Origin: an uncultured Verrucomicrobiae bacterium
GTDB taxonomy: Bacteria; Verrucomicrobiota; Verrucomicrobiia; Chthoniobacterales; Chthoniobacteraceae
Length of the DNA stretch: 64,000 bases
Assembly: GCA_963828525.1 (NCBI GenBank)
Contig: CAWHEP010000010.1
Span: 288,001-352,000 of the forward strand
Reading direction: 5' to 3'
A program made the translations under genes and the position numbers. This document shows positions 1-9,580 of the stretch, one piece after another (position 1 is the stretch's first letter; each line of letters begins with the position of its first letter). The notes below the pieces were generated by a model. That model was given only the letters and a program-made list of their open reading frames with translations. It was not told the DNA's origin and searched no databases.

Positions 1-3000
1 ATATAATTGTCACCTCCAGCAACTCGCATGGAATGGGTTCCGCTGCGATAACGCTGAACGCGATCAACACGGGTGTGGCGGTCACCAGGCAAGTGTGGAC
101 GGGCGTTCCCGGGACACTCATCGCATCCATACCGGTGAAGACACCGCCGATTGTGACCGGCACGCTTGCCTCGCTGGAGGGCTTGTCGAACTACGGGACG
201 AATTACGGGGAGCGTATCTATGGGTACCTCACGGCTCCGGTTACAGGGAACTACTATTTCTGGATCGCCGGAAGCGACACGGCGGAATTATGGATCTCGA
301 ACGATGGCGAACCGGTGAACCGAGTGAAGAGGGCTTCGGTGGGGCCCGGAACTGCTTCCCGGGTTTGGAACAGCGAGGCTGGGCAGCAATCGGCGTGGCT
401 GGCCCTTACGGCGGGGCAGAAGTATTACATTGAGGTTCTCCACAAGGCGGGTGGCGGAGGAGGCGACAATGTCGCGGTAGGATGGCTGCGGCCGGACCAA
501 GTTGGGAGCGGGCCGAGCGAAGTGGTGCCGGGATACGCGCTTTCCGCTTATACTCCTCCTGTGTCCAGCGCAGTGCCGGGGACACTCTACAGCGCGACGC
601 TTCTGGCTCAGCAAGGCGTCGCTACGAAAGGGGTCGGCACGGCGACGATGATTGTCAGCCCCGATCAATCGCAGGTCACGATCGCCTATAGCAGCGCGAA
701 TCTGACATCGGGAATCACGGACACCCAGGTCCAGTCGGATCCTTATCTCACAAACGGATCGCAGGTGCTGTTCGATATTACGAAGTTCGTGAAACAGAAT
801 CCTGATGGCTCCTACACATTCAAGATCGTTCCTGTAGGATCCCTTGGAGCAGCCGATGTGCTGGAGATCATTAATGAAGGCAAGGCATACCTGACAATTG
901 GGACGACCAATAATGCGGGGGGAGAGATTCGCGGCAATTTTACGCTTGCGAATGGTTCGCAGACGTTTACGCCTCCCCCGGCTCCGCCGACGTTGTCGGA
1001 TGACCACGGCACGGACGCAGGGGCGTCGCGGTTTTTGGCGCAGGCAACATTCGGCCCCACCCCGACGGACATAGCGAGCGTGAAATCGCTCGGTTACGAC
1101 GGATGGATTACCAACCAGTTCGCGATTCCGGCCACGCATCATCTCAATTACGTGCTGGCAAACCCGAACCCATACCAGTCACCAGCCTACCCGGACACGC
1201 TCACCTTCAACTCCTGGTGGCAACAGTCGGTCAGCGCTCCGGATCAACTCAGGCAGCGGGTGGCGTTCGCCTTAAGTGAGATCATGGTCGTCTCCGACGT
1301 TGGCGCGCTGAACAACAACGCCCTGACTCTATCCAGCTACTACGACACCCTCCTGGACAACGCGTTTGGGAGCTATCACGATCTTCTGAAGGCGGTGACG
1401 CTTACTTCCGCGATGGGTAACTATCTCAACATGCGCGGCAATGATAAAGCCAACTATGCGGCCGGGCTGCACCCAAACGAGAATTACGCGCGGGAGATCA
1501 ACCAACTATTTTCGATTGGACTCTACAGGATGTGGCCGGATGGAACGCTGGTGGAAAACTCCGCTGGAAGCCTGGTGCCCACATACACGCAGAGCACGGT
1601 GCAGGGATTCGCGGCGGCGTTTACCGGCTGGAACTACCACCAGGCAAACCAGGGGAATGGCCGGCTGCCTAGTAATTGGTATCCAGGCGCGGATTACACG
1701 AATCCCATGGTCGCGGTGCCCGCCCATCATGATCGGGGCGCGAAGCTTTTGCTCGATAACGTGGTGCTGCCGCCCGCGACGGTGATACAGGCGGACCCGA
1801 CGAACGTGGCGTATGACGCGTACGCGACCGGGGACATGGACGCTTCGCTGAACGCCATCGTGGCGAATCAAAACGTGGGGCCTCTGATCTGTCGCGAATT
1901 GATCCAGCGACTCGTGACGAGCAATCCGAGTCGCGACTACCTGTACCGCATCGCTCAGGTATTCAACGACGACGGGACGGGAGCGCGCGGGAACCTGCAA
2001 GCCGTGATCAGAGCCATACTGGAAGACTATGAAGCCCGCAGCCCGGACGCGGCGTCGCAGCCAACCTTCGGGAAACAACGCGAGCCACTGATCCGCGTCA
2101 CGGCTCCCTCGCGCTACTTCGCCTCAACCCTGTCCCTTAGCGGGTCGTACTCACAAGCTGGGGCGCCGCAAATACTGATCACGACGGGTAGCGCAAATCG
2201 TCTTTCAAACAACGATACGGTATTCCTCAACTTCACCTCGGGGAGTCCGCAGCCGTTCTCGGGGGCCTATCGGGTGAGCAACGTCACGCCCAACAGCTTC
2301 GCGGTCACAGCCGCTGGGCTGACCACTGGCACTTACGGGCAGGTGGGGAGCACCATCACACTGAATATAAATCCCGGCCTTCCTGTCGGTGGCTTCCTTT
2401 ACCTTGCGTTCACTTCGGGTGGCGCCGCGAGCGGCGTATACGCGATCACCTCGCTTCCGGACGCTTCGCACATGACGGTTACCGCCCCGGATTCCGTCAA
2501 CCGCTCCGGAAACGTCGCCCTGGAAAAGTTCAATGGCTCTTTCGTGGTCGCCACTTCTGGCTCGTCACAACCTGTCATCACACTCACCACGAGCGTGAAC
2601 CACGCGCTGAATGCCGGCGACCCGGTTGATATTCAGTTTACTTCCGGCACCGCGGTAAGCGGCACCTATTCTGTCGTATCGGTAGCTGACCAGACTCATT
2701 TCACGGTGGCGGGAACAGTTGGGGTCGGCGCGCAGTCGAACAACAGCCTATCGATTTTTCCGCTGGTTCCACCGCCTCTCACGCGCTCGGGCGCGGTGAC
2801 AGCCGCGACGAGCACCTGGAATATGGGTCAGACTGATAACAGCGTCACCCAGACACCACTTAACGCGCCCACCGTGTTCAACTATTTCTACCCGGGCTAC
2901 CGCTTTCCGGGAGCTATTGAATCGGCCGGACTAACAACACCCGAGTTCCAGCTTACCAATGCGACGAGTGTCATGGTATTAACCAACTACTTGCAGGCTG

Positions 3001-3311
3001 GCATACTCGCATCGGGCAACACGACGGGACTCACGAGCTTCAATTCCGGGAATGGGGCAATCGTGATGGATCTCGCGCCATATCTTTCAATGACAAGCGA
3101 TTCGGGCATACCCGGTCTAGTCACGTTGCTAAACAATCAATTGATGGGTGGCTCCATGAGCTCCGCTTTGCAGAGCGACATTGTCGGGTATGTGGCCAAC
3201 ACCGCAAACTTCCCCTATAGTTCGCCGCCGACGACCGTGCAGCAACGGGACCGGGCGCGCGCGGTCGTTCACCTGTTGCTGACTTCGCCGGAATTCGCAA
3301 TCCAAAGGTAA
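1..3311 (+). CDS. Large DUF1800-family protein with PA14 and CHRD-like domains and three inserted beta-rich repeats; 5' end lies outside the window
   Basis: Frame is open from base 3 (IIVTSSNSHGMGS...). PA14-like segment (NYGERIYGYLTAPVTGNYYFWIAGSDTAELWIS...YYIEVLHK); CHRD-like end (YLTIGTTNNAGGEIRG); DUF1800 motifs (RFLAQATFGP, DQLRQRVAFALSEIMVVS, PNENYAREINQLFSIG, FGKQREP, APTVFNYF, LLLTSPEF). Confidence 0.85.
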   Translation, partial: IIVTSSNSHGMGSAAITLNAINTGVAVTRQVWTGVPGTLIASIPVKTPPIVTGTLASLEGLSNYGTNYGERIYGYLTAPVTGNYYFWIAGSDTAELWISNDGEPVNRVKRASVGPGTASRVWNSEAGQQSAWLALTAGQKYYIEVLHKAGGGGGDNVAVGWLRPDQVGSGPSEVVPGYALSAYTPPVSSAVPGTLYSATLLAQQGVATKGVGTATMIVSPDQSQVTIAYSSANLTSGITDTQVQSDPYLTNGSQVLFDITKFVKQNPDGSYTFKIVPVGSLGAADVLEIINEGKAYLTIGTTNNAGGEIRGNFTLANGSQTFTPPPAPPTLSDDHGTDAGASRFLAQATFGPTPTDIASVKSLGYDGWITNQFAIPATHHLNYVLANPNPYQSPAYPDTLTFNSWWQQSVSAPDQLRQRVAFALSEIMVVSDVGALNNNALTLSSYYDTLLDNAFGSYHDLLKAVTLTSAMGNYLNMRGNDKANYAAGLHPNENYAREINQLFSIGLYRMWPDGTLVENSAGSLVPTYTQSTVQGFAAAFTGWNYHQANQGNGRLPSNWYPGADYTNPMVAVPAHHDRGAKLLLDNVVLPPATVIQADPTNVAYDAYATGDMDASLNAIVANQNVGPLICRELIQRLVTSNPSRDYLYRIAQVFNDDGTGARGNLQAVIRAILEDYEARSPDAASQPTFGKQREPLIRVTAPSRYFASTLSLSGSYSQAGAPQILITTGSANRLSNNDTVFLNFTSGSPQPFSGAYRVSNVTPNSFAVTAAGLTTGTYGQVGSTITLNINPGLPVGGFLYLAFTSGGAASGVYAITSLPDASHMTVTAPDSVNRSGNVALEKFNGSFVVATSGSSQPVITLTTSVNHALNAGDPVDIQFTSGTAVSGTYSVVSVADQTHFTVAGTVGVGAQSNNSLSIFPLVPPPLTRSGAVTAATSTWNMGQTDNSVTQTPLNAPTVFNYFYPGYRFPGAIESAGLTTPEFQLTNATSVMVLTNYLQAGILASGNTTGLTSFNSGNGAIVMDLAPYLSMTSDSGIPGLVTLLNNQLMGGSMSSALQSDIVGYVANTANFPYSSPPTTVQQRDRARAVVHLLLTSPEFAIQR

Positions 3312-3313
3312 CT

Positions 3314-4719
3314 ATGGCATTTACACCCTCTTCACTCAAAACCCGGCGGCAGTTCATTCGGCAGGCGGCCTGCGCCGCGCTCGGGACATGGGCGGTAACG
3401 AACACCATTCGCGATCTGCGTCTCGTGAATGCCGCAATGGCCCAGACCACGGTGAGCGACTACAAGGCGCTCGTCTGCGTCTTCCTGCAGGGGGGGAACG
3501 ACTCCAACAATCTCATCATCCCCACGCTGCCGGGGGAGTACAAGAATTACGCGGCGATCCGCAGCCCGGTCCTTGCCATTCCCGCGTCGGCCGTTCTGCC
3601 TCTAAACTCGCTGAATAGCGACGGGCATCGTATGGGCTGCATCCCAGTTGCGCGGGCCTGCAGACTCTCTTCGGCGAGAAAAAGCTCGCGCTTCTTTTTA
3701 ACACGGGAACTCTCGTTTACCCAATCACGCGCGCGCAATACCAGAGCCACGGCGTCGCGACGCCGCCCCAGCTTTTCTCTCACGCCGATCAGGTGACGCA
3801 ATGGCAGACGTCTATACCGGATCAGATTCCGACGACTGGCTGGGGTGGCCGTTGCGCTGATCTTCTGAACGCGGTGCAGCCGGACGCGCAGATCTCCCTT
3901 TCAGTAACGCTTGCGGGAGCGAATACTTTCGAGGTGGGAAACATCGTTTCCCAGTATTCTGTTTCGACAAATGGAGCAGTGGCGCTGGCGGGTGTGACGG
4001 GTCCCGATCTAGCCGCGTTTCAAAAAGCGCTGGGTATCGACCAGCCAAACCTGCAGGCGCAGTCGTATTCTACAGTTTTGAACCAGGCGCTGGCGACTGG
4101 CAGCTTGTTAACCGGCGCGATCGGCGCGACTTCTTCGCCAAAGTATTGGACTGTGCCATTCCCCAATTCGGCATTAGGGACTCAGCTACAGATGATCGCG
4201 CGCCTCATCCAGGCGGGGCCAGCGCTCAACATGAAGAGGCAGATATTCTTTTGCCAAATCGGTGGATACGATCTTCACAATGGACAAACGCAAATCACCA
4301 ACGGCGTTCCTATCACGACGCAGGGATCCCACGCGGTGCTGCTCGACGAAGTCAGCCAGGCGTTCCTCGCTTTCCAGCGGGCCATGGAGCAGATGTCGCT
4401 CTCGAATCAGGTTACCAGTTTTACGGCGAGCGATTTTGGGCGCACCTTTCCAAGTAACGGCTTTGGAAGCGATCACGGGTGGGGCAGCCATCATTTGGTG
4501 ATGGGCGGCGCGGTGCAGGGTGGAAAAACGTATGGGACTTTCCCGACGTTGACAGTGAATGGCCCTGACGACACCAGCACAGGACGGTGGATTCCGACGA
4601 CAGCGGTGGATCAATACGCTGCAACACTCGCCACGTGGTTTGGAGTGTCCGCGTCCGATCTTGGAACGGTCTTCCCCAACCTGGGGCGTTTCAGCAGCCC
4701 AAACCTTGGCTTCGTTTGA
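3314..4719 (+). CDS. DUF1501-family protein with Tat signal; one frameshift near 3629
   Basis: TRRQFIR twin-arginine motif; YKALVCVFLQGGNDSNN. After the shift the frame reads YGLHP...LFSHADQVTQWQ, then GGYDLH, SDFGRT, GSDHGWG, GRWIPTTAVDQY. Joins ORFs 3314..3796 and 3793..4719. Confidence 0.88.
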
Positions 4720-4765
4720 ACGATAGACGGCTTCCCCGCATAGCGGTGAGCGCGGTAGTCGCCGC
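4580..4765 (+). repeat. Perfect 186-bp direct repeat, copy 1 (3' end of DUF1501 plus 5' end of the GspG-like gene)
   Basis: Identical to 8780..8965 at an offset of exactly 4200; first mismatch is T4766 vs C8966. Confidence 0.95.
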
Positions 4766-5333
4766 TGGCGTCGTTGGAATATTCTGGTTCACCCGGCACG
4801 CGCCGATCTCGACAAGAAATGCCGTCGAGCCGGCTCTGAGCGTTGTGTCGTCGCCAGTCCCGGTCGCCGTGCCGTCTCCAGCGGTTGACGGGAACGTGCC
4901 TGCACAAGGGCCGGGCGGCGGGTCTCAGCGGGTCGGAAGCAGCGCCTCGAATGAGAGCGCGGGCCCGCGAATAGATAGCGCGACGTCCGCGGTTATACCC
5001 CCCGAAGGCGTGGACGCCGCAGTTCCGGCTCCGCTCGCGCCAGCGATCGCGATCGAAGCGTTGCACACTTCGATTCAGAAATATGGACTGACCTTCCGGG
5101 GGAACCCGGTTGGAACAAACGCTGAAATCACTCGCGCTCTGAACGGGGACAACCCAACGCATTCCAGGTTTCTGAGCGATGGCGATGGTCACCGGGTCAA
5201 TGGCGCGGGTGAACTCGTTGATGAGTGGGGCACGCCCTACTTTTTCCACCAGCTTTCCGCGACGCAGATGGAGGTTCACAGCGCGGGGCCTGACCGGCAG
5301 ATGTGGACCCGGGATGATTTGATTATCAAGTAA
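4716..5333 (+). CDS. Membrane-anchored protein with a C-terminal GspG/T2SS-G-like domain, allele A
   Basis: TTG start overlaps the DUF1501 stop (TTGA). One TM helix (IAVSAVVAAGVVGIFWF), a Pro/Ala/Ser linker, then GELVDEWGTPY...SAGPDRQMWTRDD, resembling the pseudopilin G DPWG.PY...SAGPDG...DD motif. Confidence 0.7.
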   Translation: MNDRRLPRIAVSAVVAAGVVGIFWFTRHAPISTRNAVEPALSVVSSPVPVAVPSPAVDGNVPAQGPGGGSQRVGSSASNESAGPRIDSATSAVIPPEGVDAAVPAPLAPAIAIEALHTSIQKYGLTFRGNPVGTNAEITRALNGDNPTHSRFLSDGDGHRVNGAGELVDEWGTPYFFHQLSATQMEVHSAGPDRQMWTRDDLIIK

Positions 5334-5346
5334 GTGGGGTTGGGAG

Positions 5347-6597
5347 ATGGAAACCTGTCGCGCAATTAAGCTGGCTGCAACGTCCGCGGATGATCGTCGC
5401 GATTTGTGGTCGACCGTTATCAATACTCTCCGTCTGTCGACGGCCGTAGAGGTCGGTGTCGCCGCAGGCGCTTTCGCGCGGCACATCCTCGAAGAGTGTC
5501 CGACTGTATCCAGCTACTTCATGATTGATCCTTGGCGGCATCTCTCCAACTGGAACAAGCCCGCGAACAAGACGGACCGCGAATTCGTTGGGATCAGGGA
5601 ACAAGCCATGGCCGTGACGGAGTTCGCCAGAGATCGGCGGATCGTTTTAGAGGGCGCGACGGCGGAAGTTTCGCGTCGCATTCCGACCAAGAGCCTGGAC
5701 TTTGCATACGTCGACGGAGATCACACACTCAGAGGCATCACGATCGACTTGACGCAAATCTGGCCGAAAATGCGGCCTGGAGGCATCATCGCGGGCGACG
5801 ACTTCTGCTCCTCGATTTGGCAGCACGGGCAACAGTTCGAGCCTACCTTCGTTTTTCCCTGGGCCGTCCACTTCGCCGAAGCCATGGATTCCCCGATCTT
5901 CGCTTTACCGTTTAATCAATTCGCAATAATCGTGAATTCTTCTGGTGGCGACCGCTTTTCGTTCCACGATCTCACCCTCAACGACGCGTATTCCTCAACG
6001 ACCGTCCGGGAAGCGCTTGCAGGGAGAGAAACTGAAAGGTCGCAATTTTCGGCACTCTACGGGGATTTTCGCTTTGAGGAAGACTGCAGGAATCACGAGA
6101 TTTCCGGGCTTGCGAAAGAGTCTGGCCGCATCAGAGGCGAAATTGTCAAAACACTCAAAGAAATCACTGGCACGCCGTCCAGGATCCTGTTGCCCGGGGA
6201 CAGTAACGCGGTCAAATACGCGTACGCGGAACTGTTTGGGGTCTCCGAAAGCCAGATCGTCACGGCGGGACTGTCGGATGATGTTGACTACAAGTGGAAT
6301 TTCGAGGTTGACCCACCGCTATTCGGCAAATTCGACTGCATCGTCTCGCAGGCAATGCTTGAGCACTTGGTGCATCCGTACAAACATGTTTGTGATTTAG
6401 CTGATTCGCTAAATACTGCGGGCTACCTGGTCCTACACACGGTATTACCGGGCTTCGCATACCACAGATTTCCCGTGGACTGCTTCCGATTCTTCCCCGA
6501 CTGGTTTGAGGAACTATCATCTCGACTACACCTCGAGGTCTGTGACAAGTACATCGGTGAGTTGAGGATCATGTATAAGTACAAGAAGGCTGGGTAA
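5347..6597 (+). CDS. Class I SAM-dependent methyltransferase (Methyltransf_24-like) fused to a second methyltransferase-like domain
   Basis: VEVGVAAG, IDPW, LDFAYVDGDH, PGGIIAGDD in the first domain; FDCIVSQAMLEHL and YHRFPVDCFRF in the second. Confidence 0.8.
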   Translation: METCRAIKLAATSADDRRDLWSTVINTLRLSTAVEVGVAAGAFARHILEECPTVSSYFMIDPWRHLSNWNKPANKTDREFVGIREQAMAVTEFARDRRIVLEGATAEVSRRIPTKSLDFAYVDGDHTLRGITIDLTQIWPKMRPGGIIAGDDFCSSIWQHGQQFEPTFVFPWAVHFAEAMDSPIFALPFNQFAIIVNSSGGDRFSFHDLTLNDAYSSTTVREALAGRETERSQFSALYGDFRFEEDCRNHEISGLAKESGRIRGEIVKTLKEITGTPSRILLPGDSNAVKYAYAELFGVSESQIVTAGLSDDVDYKWNFEVDPPLFGKFDCIVSQAMLEHLVHPYKHVCDLADSLNTAGYLVLHTVLPGFAYHRFPVDCFRFFPDWFEELSSRLHLEVCDKYIGELRIMYKYKKAG

Positions 6598-6668
6598 TTG
6601 ACTCCGAATCGTTCAAGGCATTGGGACTTGTTGGGCTTACGTGAGGTGTCGAATCGAGCGTTTCTGAC

Positions 6669-8243
6669 GTGAGTCAACGTCAATACCCTGATCTGCCCGA
6701 AGTAACCGGGGCCACGCCCGCGCGCCCGCTTAGCTTCGTAGTCGTCCGTTATTCGGACGATTATTTCCACAATCTCCTGCGCTCGGACTGCGTTCAGGAT
6801 CCAGTCAACCAGCTCATCACGATCGACAACCGCTGCAATTTGTTTTACGACAACCTTGCTGAAGCGATCAACGCGGGTTTGGATCAGGCTGAGCACGAGT
6901 TAATTGTGGTCGCGCATGAGGACGTCTTGCTTCCCCGAGGATGGCAGCAGCAGCTCGAACGATCGCTCGCCGAACTTGAAAAAGTGGATCCGAACTGGGG
7001 TCTCCTGGGCTCCGTGGGATCTACCGAGGGCGGCGAGGACAAAGGACATTGGAGCGATCCCCATACCTATGCGAACACGTTCGGGGAGAAAAGCTTCGAG
7101 CTCGTGGAGCGTATCGATGAGCAGTTGATGATCCTGCGGCGATCACATGGTGTCCGTCTGGATTGTTATCTGCCGAGCATTCACCACATCGGCCGAGACG
7201 TGCCATCAACACTCCGTCAGCGGGCTTTGAACACCTACGTTATCAACGCGCCTACCATTCATAAGTTCGCTGACGACACTGGGAATCGCATCATGCGCAG
7301 AGAGGATTCTCCCAAGATACGCGCGAGGCTGGACCCCGCCTTTGTGGCTGACATGGCGTGCTGCGACGAATATCTCCACTGGAAGTGGCCCGACTGGAGG
7401 ACCGTTGGCTTTCAGGAGCCGGACTGGAGCGAGGACGTCTTTCGGCAGGAAGTGCTGTCACGGATTTCACAGCCGATCGTGCTGCTCGCCCGGGGCGGCT
7501 CGGGATCTCGACTCCTGTCCTGGCTGGCGGAGGACGCAGGAATCGATTTGGGAAATGACATCAACGCGTCGGGCGACGCGATGGAAATGGTTCAGGCTAT
7601 CTATATGGGCGCGCTGAACAGGTACCAGCACCGCGCTTCGTGGCAGCAGCAGCGCATTGCGCCCCGAATCCGTTTGGCGGCAGCTCGGATGCTCGAGCGG
7701 ACGGCTTCCACGGACGCTCCGTGGGGGTTCAAGCTGCCGGAGAGCATGCTCCTTTTGCCTGAGATTCTACAGGCCTTCGGGAAGGCGCGCTGCCTGCACC
7801 TTGTTCGAGACCCTCTGACCACTTGCCTGCGGCGCACCCACATGACCGCGCGGTTCGACAACGCGATTGGTCGAGTAGCCATTCGCGCCGCCTATCGCTA
7901 CTGCGGCCGCGACCTGGAAGAGAGTCTGAAGGACTCCCCCGCGCTTCGCATGGCCTATACCACGATTCATCAAGTCAAGACCGCGCGTGACTTCGCGCGC
8001 GCTCACCTGGGCGGCCGATTTCTGGAGATCCGCTTCGAGGATCTTCTGCAGCGCCCACGGGAGATGGTGATGGAGGTTGCCCGTTGGCTGGGAACACGAC
8101 CACGAGATAGCAGCAAGCTCGAACGCGAGGTGAATCCCGACCGGGCCGCTCGGCCAGCAGCGGAGTATCGCTATTCGCCGGAGGTTGAAGAGACCGTTAC
8201 GGAGATCCTTGCGCCGCTGCGTCGGGAGCTCGGCTACATATAG
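6669..8243 (+). CDS. GT2-like glycosyltransferase fused to a sulfotransferase
   Basis: N-terminal AEAINAGL...IVVAHEDV (GT-A DxD-like); C-terminal PAPS-binding motifs ARGGSGSR and HLVRDP, plus WGFKLP and IRFEDL. Confidence 0.75.
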   Translation: MSQRQYPDLPEVTGATPARPLSFVVVRYSDDYFHNLLRSDCVQDPVNQLITIDNRCNLFYDNLAEAINAGLDQAEHELIVVAHEDVLLPRGWQQQLERSLAELEKVDPNWGLLGSVGSTEGGEDKGHWSDPHTYANTFGEKSFELVERIDEQLMILRRSHGVRLDCYLPSIHHIGRDVPSTLRQRALNTYVINAPTIHKFADDTGNRIMRREDSPKIRARLDPAFVADMACCDEYLHWKWPDWRTVGFQEPDWSEDVFRQEVLSRISQPIVLLARGGSGSRLLSWLAEDAGIDLGNDINASGDAMEMVQAIYMGALNRYQHRASWQQQRIAPRIRLAAARMLERTASTDAPWGFKLPESMLLLPEILQAFGKARCLHLVRDPLTTCLRRTHMTARFDNAIGRVAIRAAYRYCGRDLEESLKDSPALRMAYTTIHQVKTARDFARAHLGGRFLEIRFEDLLQRPREMVMEVARWLGTRPRDSSKLEREVNPDRAARPAAEYRYSPEVEETVTEILAPLRRELGYI

Positions 8244-8355
8244 CGGCGGTTTTGTAAATCCATCCCGGCGATGGCGCATGAAGAGGAGGCGCGCGATTAG
8301 CTCGTCGCATAACTGGAGAGCAGATCGGAAGGTGGGGCTGAGCCCATGGGGAAGC

Positions 8356-8780
8356 TCAGGACGGCGCCAGGGCTTCCCTGAGGAGGTAGTAAATGAAGAG
8401 GGCATTATAAAGGAGATAGCGCTTCCAGAGACGGCGTGGCTCTGTGGCGAATCTGAATGCCCATTCGAGGCCAGCGCTTTGCATCCAAAGGGGGGCTTGG
8501 CGGACGCGGCCAGCGTGGAAGGCGAACGCGGCTCCAACGGCGCAGTAAACGGCTGGAGGCAGACGCGTCTTGAGCCGGGCAAGCCAGAGTTCCTGTTTAG
8601 GGCAGCCAAGGCCTACCCAGATAAACCGGGCTCCCGAGGCCTTTATGCGATCCAGAATTCGCTGGTCTTCGGTGGCGTCCCAGTTGCCGAAAGGCGGGGA
8701 ATAAGAACCGGCGACGGACATGTTTGGGAAGGAGGCGGCCAGCCTGGCCAGCAAGGCCGCGAGGAGTTCTTCGGAGCCGC
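8356..8780 (-). pseudogene. 3' fragment (about 140 codons) of a second WecB/TagA/CpsF glycosyltransferase allele
   Basis: Colinear with 10570..10994 (offset 2214), with about 10 aa differences in 140 and many synonymous changes. Cut abruptly at 8780, where DUF1501 sequence resumes. Confidence 0.9.
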
Positions 8781-8965
8781 AGGACGGTGGATTCCGACGA
8801 CAGCGGTGGATCAATACGCTGCAACACTCGCCACGTGGTTTGGAGTGTCCGCGTCCGATCTTGGAACGGTCTTCCCCAACCTGGGGCGTTTCAGCAGCCC
8901 AAACCTTGGCTTCGTTTGAACGATAGACGGCTTCCCCGCATAGCGGTGAGCGCGGTAGTCGCCGC
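8780..8965 (+). repeat. Perfect 186-bp direct repeat, copy 2 (orphan DUF1501 3' fragment plus start of GspG-like allele B)
   Basis: Identical to 4580..4765; encodes GRWIPTTAVDQY...NLGFV* without the upstream part of the gene. Confidence 0.95.
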
Positions 8966-9542
8966 CGGTGTCGTAGGGATATTCTGGTTCACACGGCACG
9001 CGCCGATCTCCACGAGGAATGCGGTCGAGCCTGCTTCTAGCATCGCGGCGTCACCCGTTCCAATCGCTTTGCCGTCTCCGGCGGCTGAGGGGAAACAGCC
9101 ACTGGGAGGGGCGACCGACGCTGGGCCTCAACCGATCGGAGCGGGCGGCCCTGCTGGGAGTGGAGCCCCGCCGCCGACCGCCAGCCCTTCGTCCACCGCC
9201 GTGGCGCCTGCAGAGAGCGGGGATTCCGCAGTTCCCGCTCCGCTGGCCCCAGCGATCGCGCTAGAGGCGTTGCATACTTCGATCCAGAAATATGGACTGA
9301 CCTTCGGGGGAAACCCGGTTGGAACAAACGCGGAAATCACGCGCGCTCTAAACGGGGATAACCCAACGCATGCGAGGTTCTTGAGCGATGGCGACGGTCA
9401 TCGTGTCAATGGCGCTGGAGAACTCGTTGACGAGTGGGGCACGCCCTACTTTTTTCACCAACTTTCCGCGACGCAGATGGAGGTTCACAGCGCGGGGCCT
9501 GACCGGCGGATGTGGACCCGGGATGATCTCGTTATTAAGTAG
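8916..9542 (+). CDS. Membrane-anchored GspG/T2SS-G-like protein, allele B
   Basis: Homologue of 4716..5333: same N-terminus, diverged linker, and about 5 differences in the last ~104 residues. Confidence 0.7.
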   Translation: MNDRRLPRIAVSAVVAAGVVGIFWFTRHAPISTRNAVEPASSIAASPVPIALPSPAAEGKQPLGGATDAGPQPIGAGGPAGSGAPPPTASPSSTAVAPAESGDSAVPAPLAPAIALEALHTSIQKYGLTFGGNPVGTNAEITRALNGDNPTHARFLSDGDGHRVNGAGELVDEWGTPYFFHQLSATQMEVHSAGPDRRMWTRDDLVIK

Positions 9543-9580
9543 CAAGGCTGGGCGACACCGATGGTATGCTGCCCCCTTAC

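Noticed and set aside
8356..8814. 152-aa minus-strand WecB-like ORF as a functional gene
   Set aside because: Its start comes from antisense DUF1501 sequence and the N-terminal half of the enzyme is missing.
8185..8919. 244-aa plus-strand ORF ending in the DUF1501 C-terminus
   Set aside because: Mostly the antisense of the wecB fragment, running across the 8780 junction; a chance chimera.
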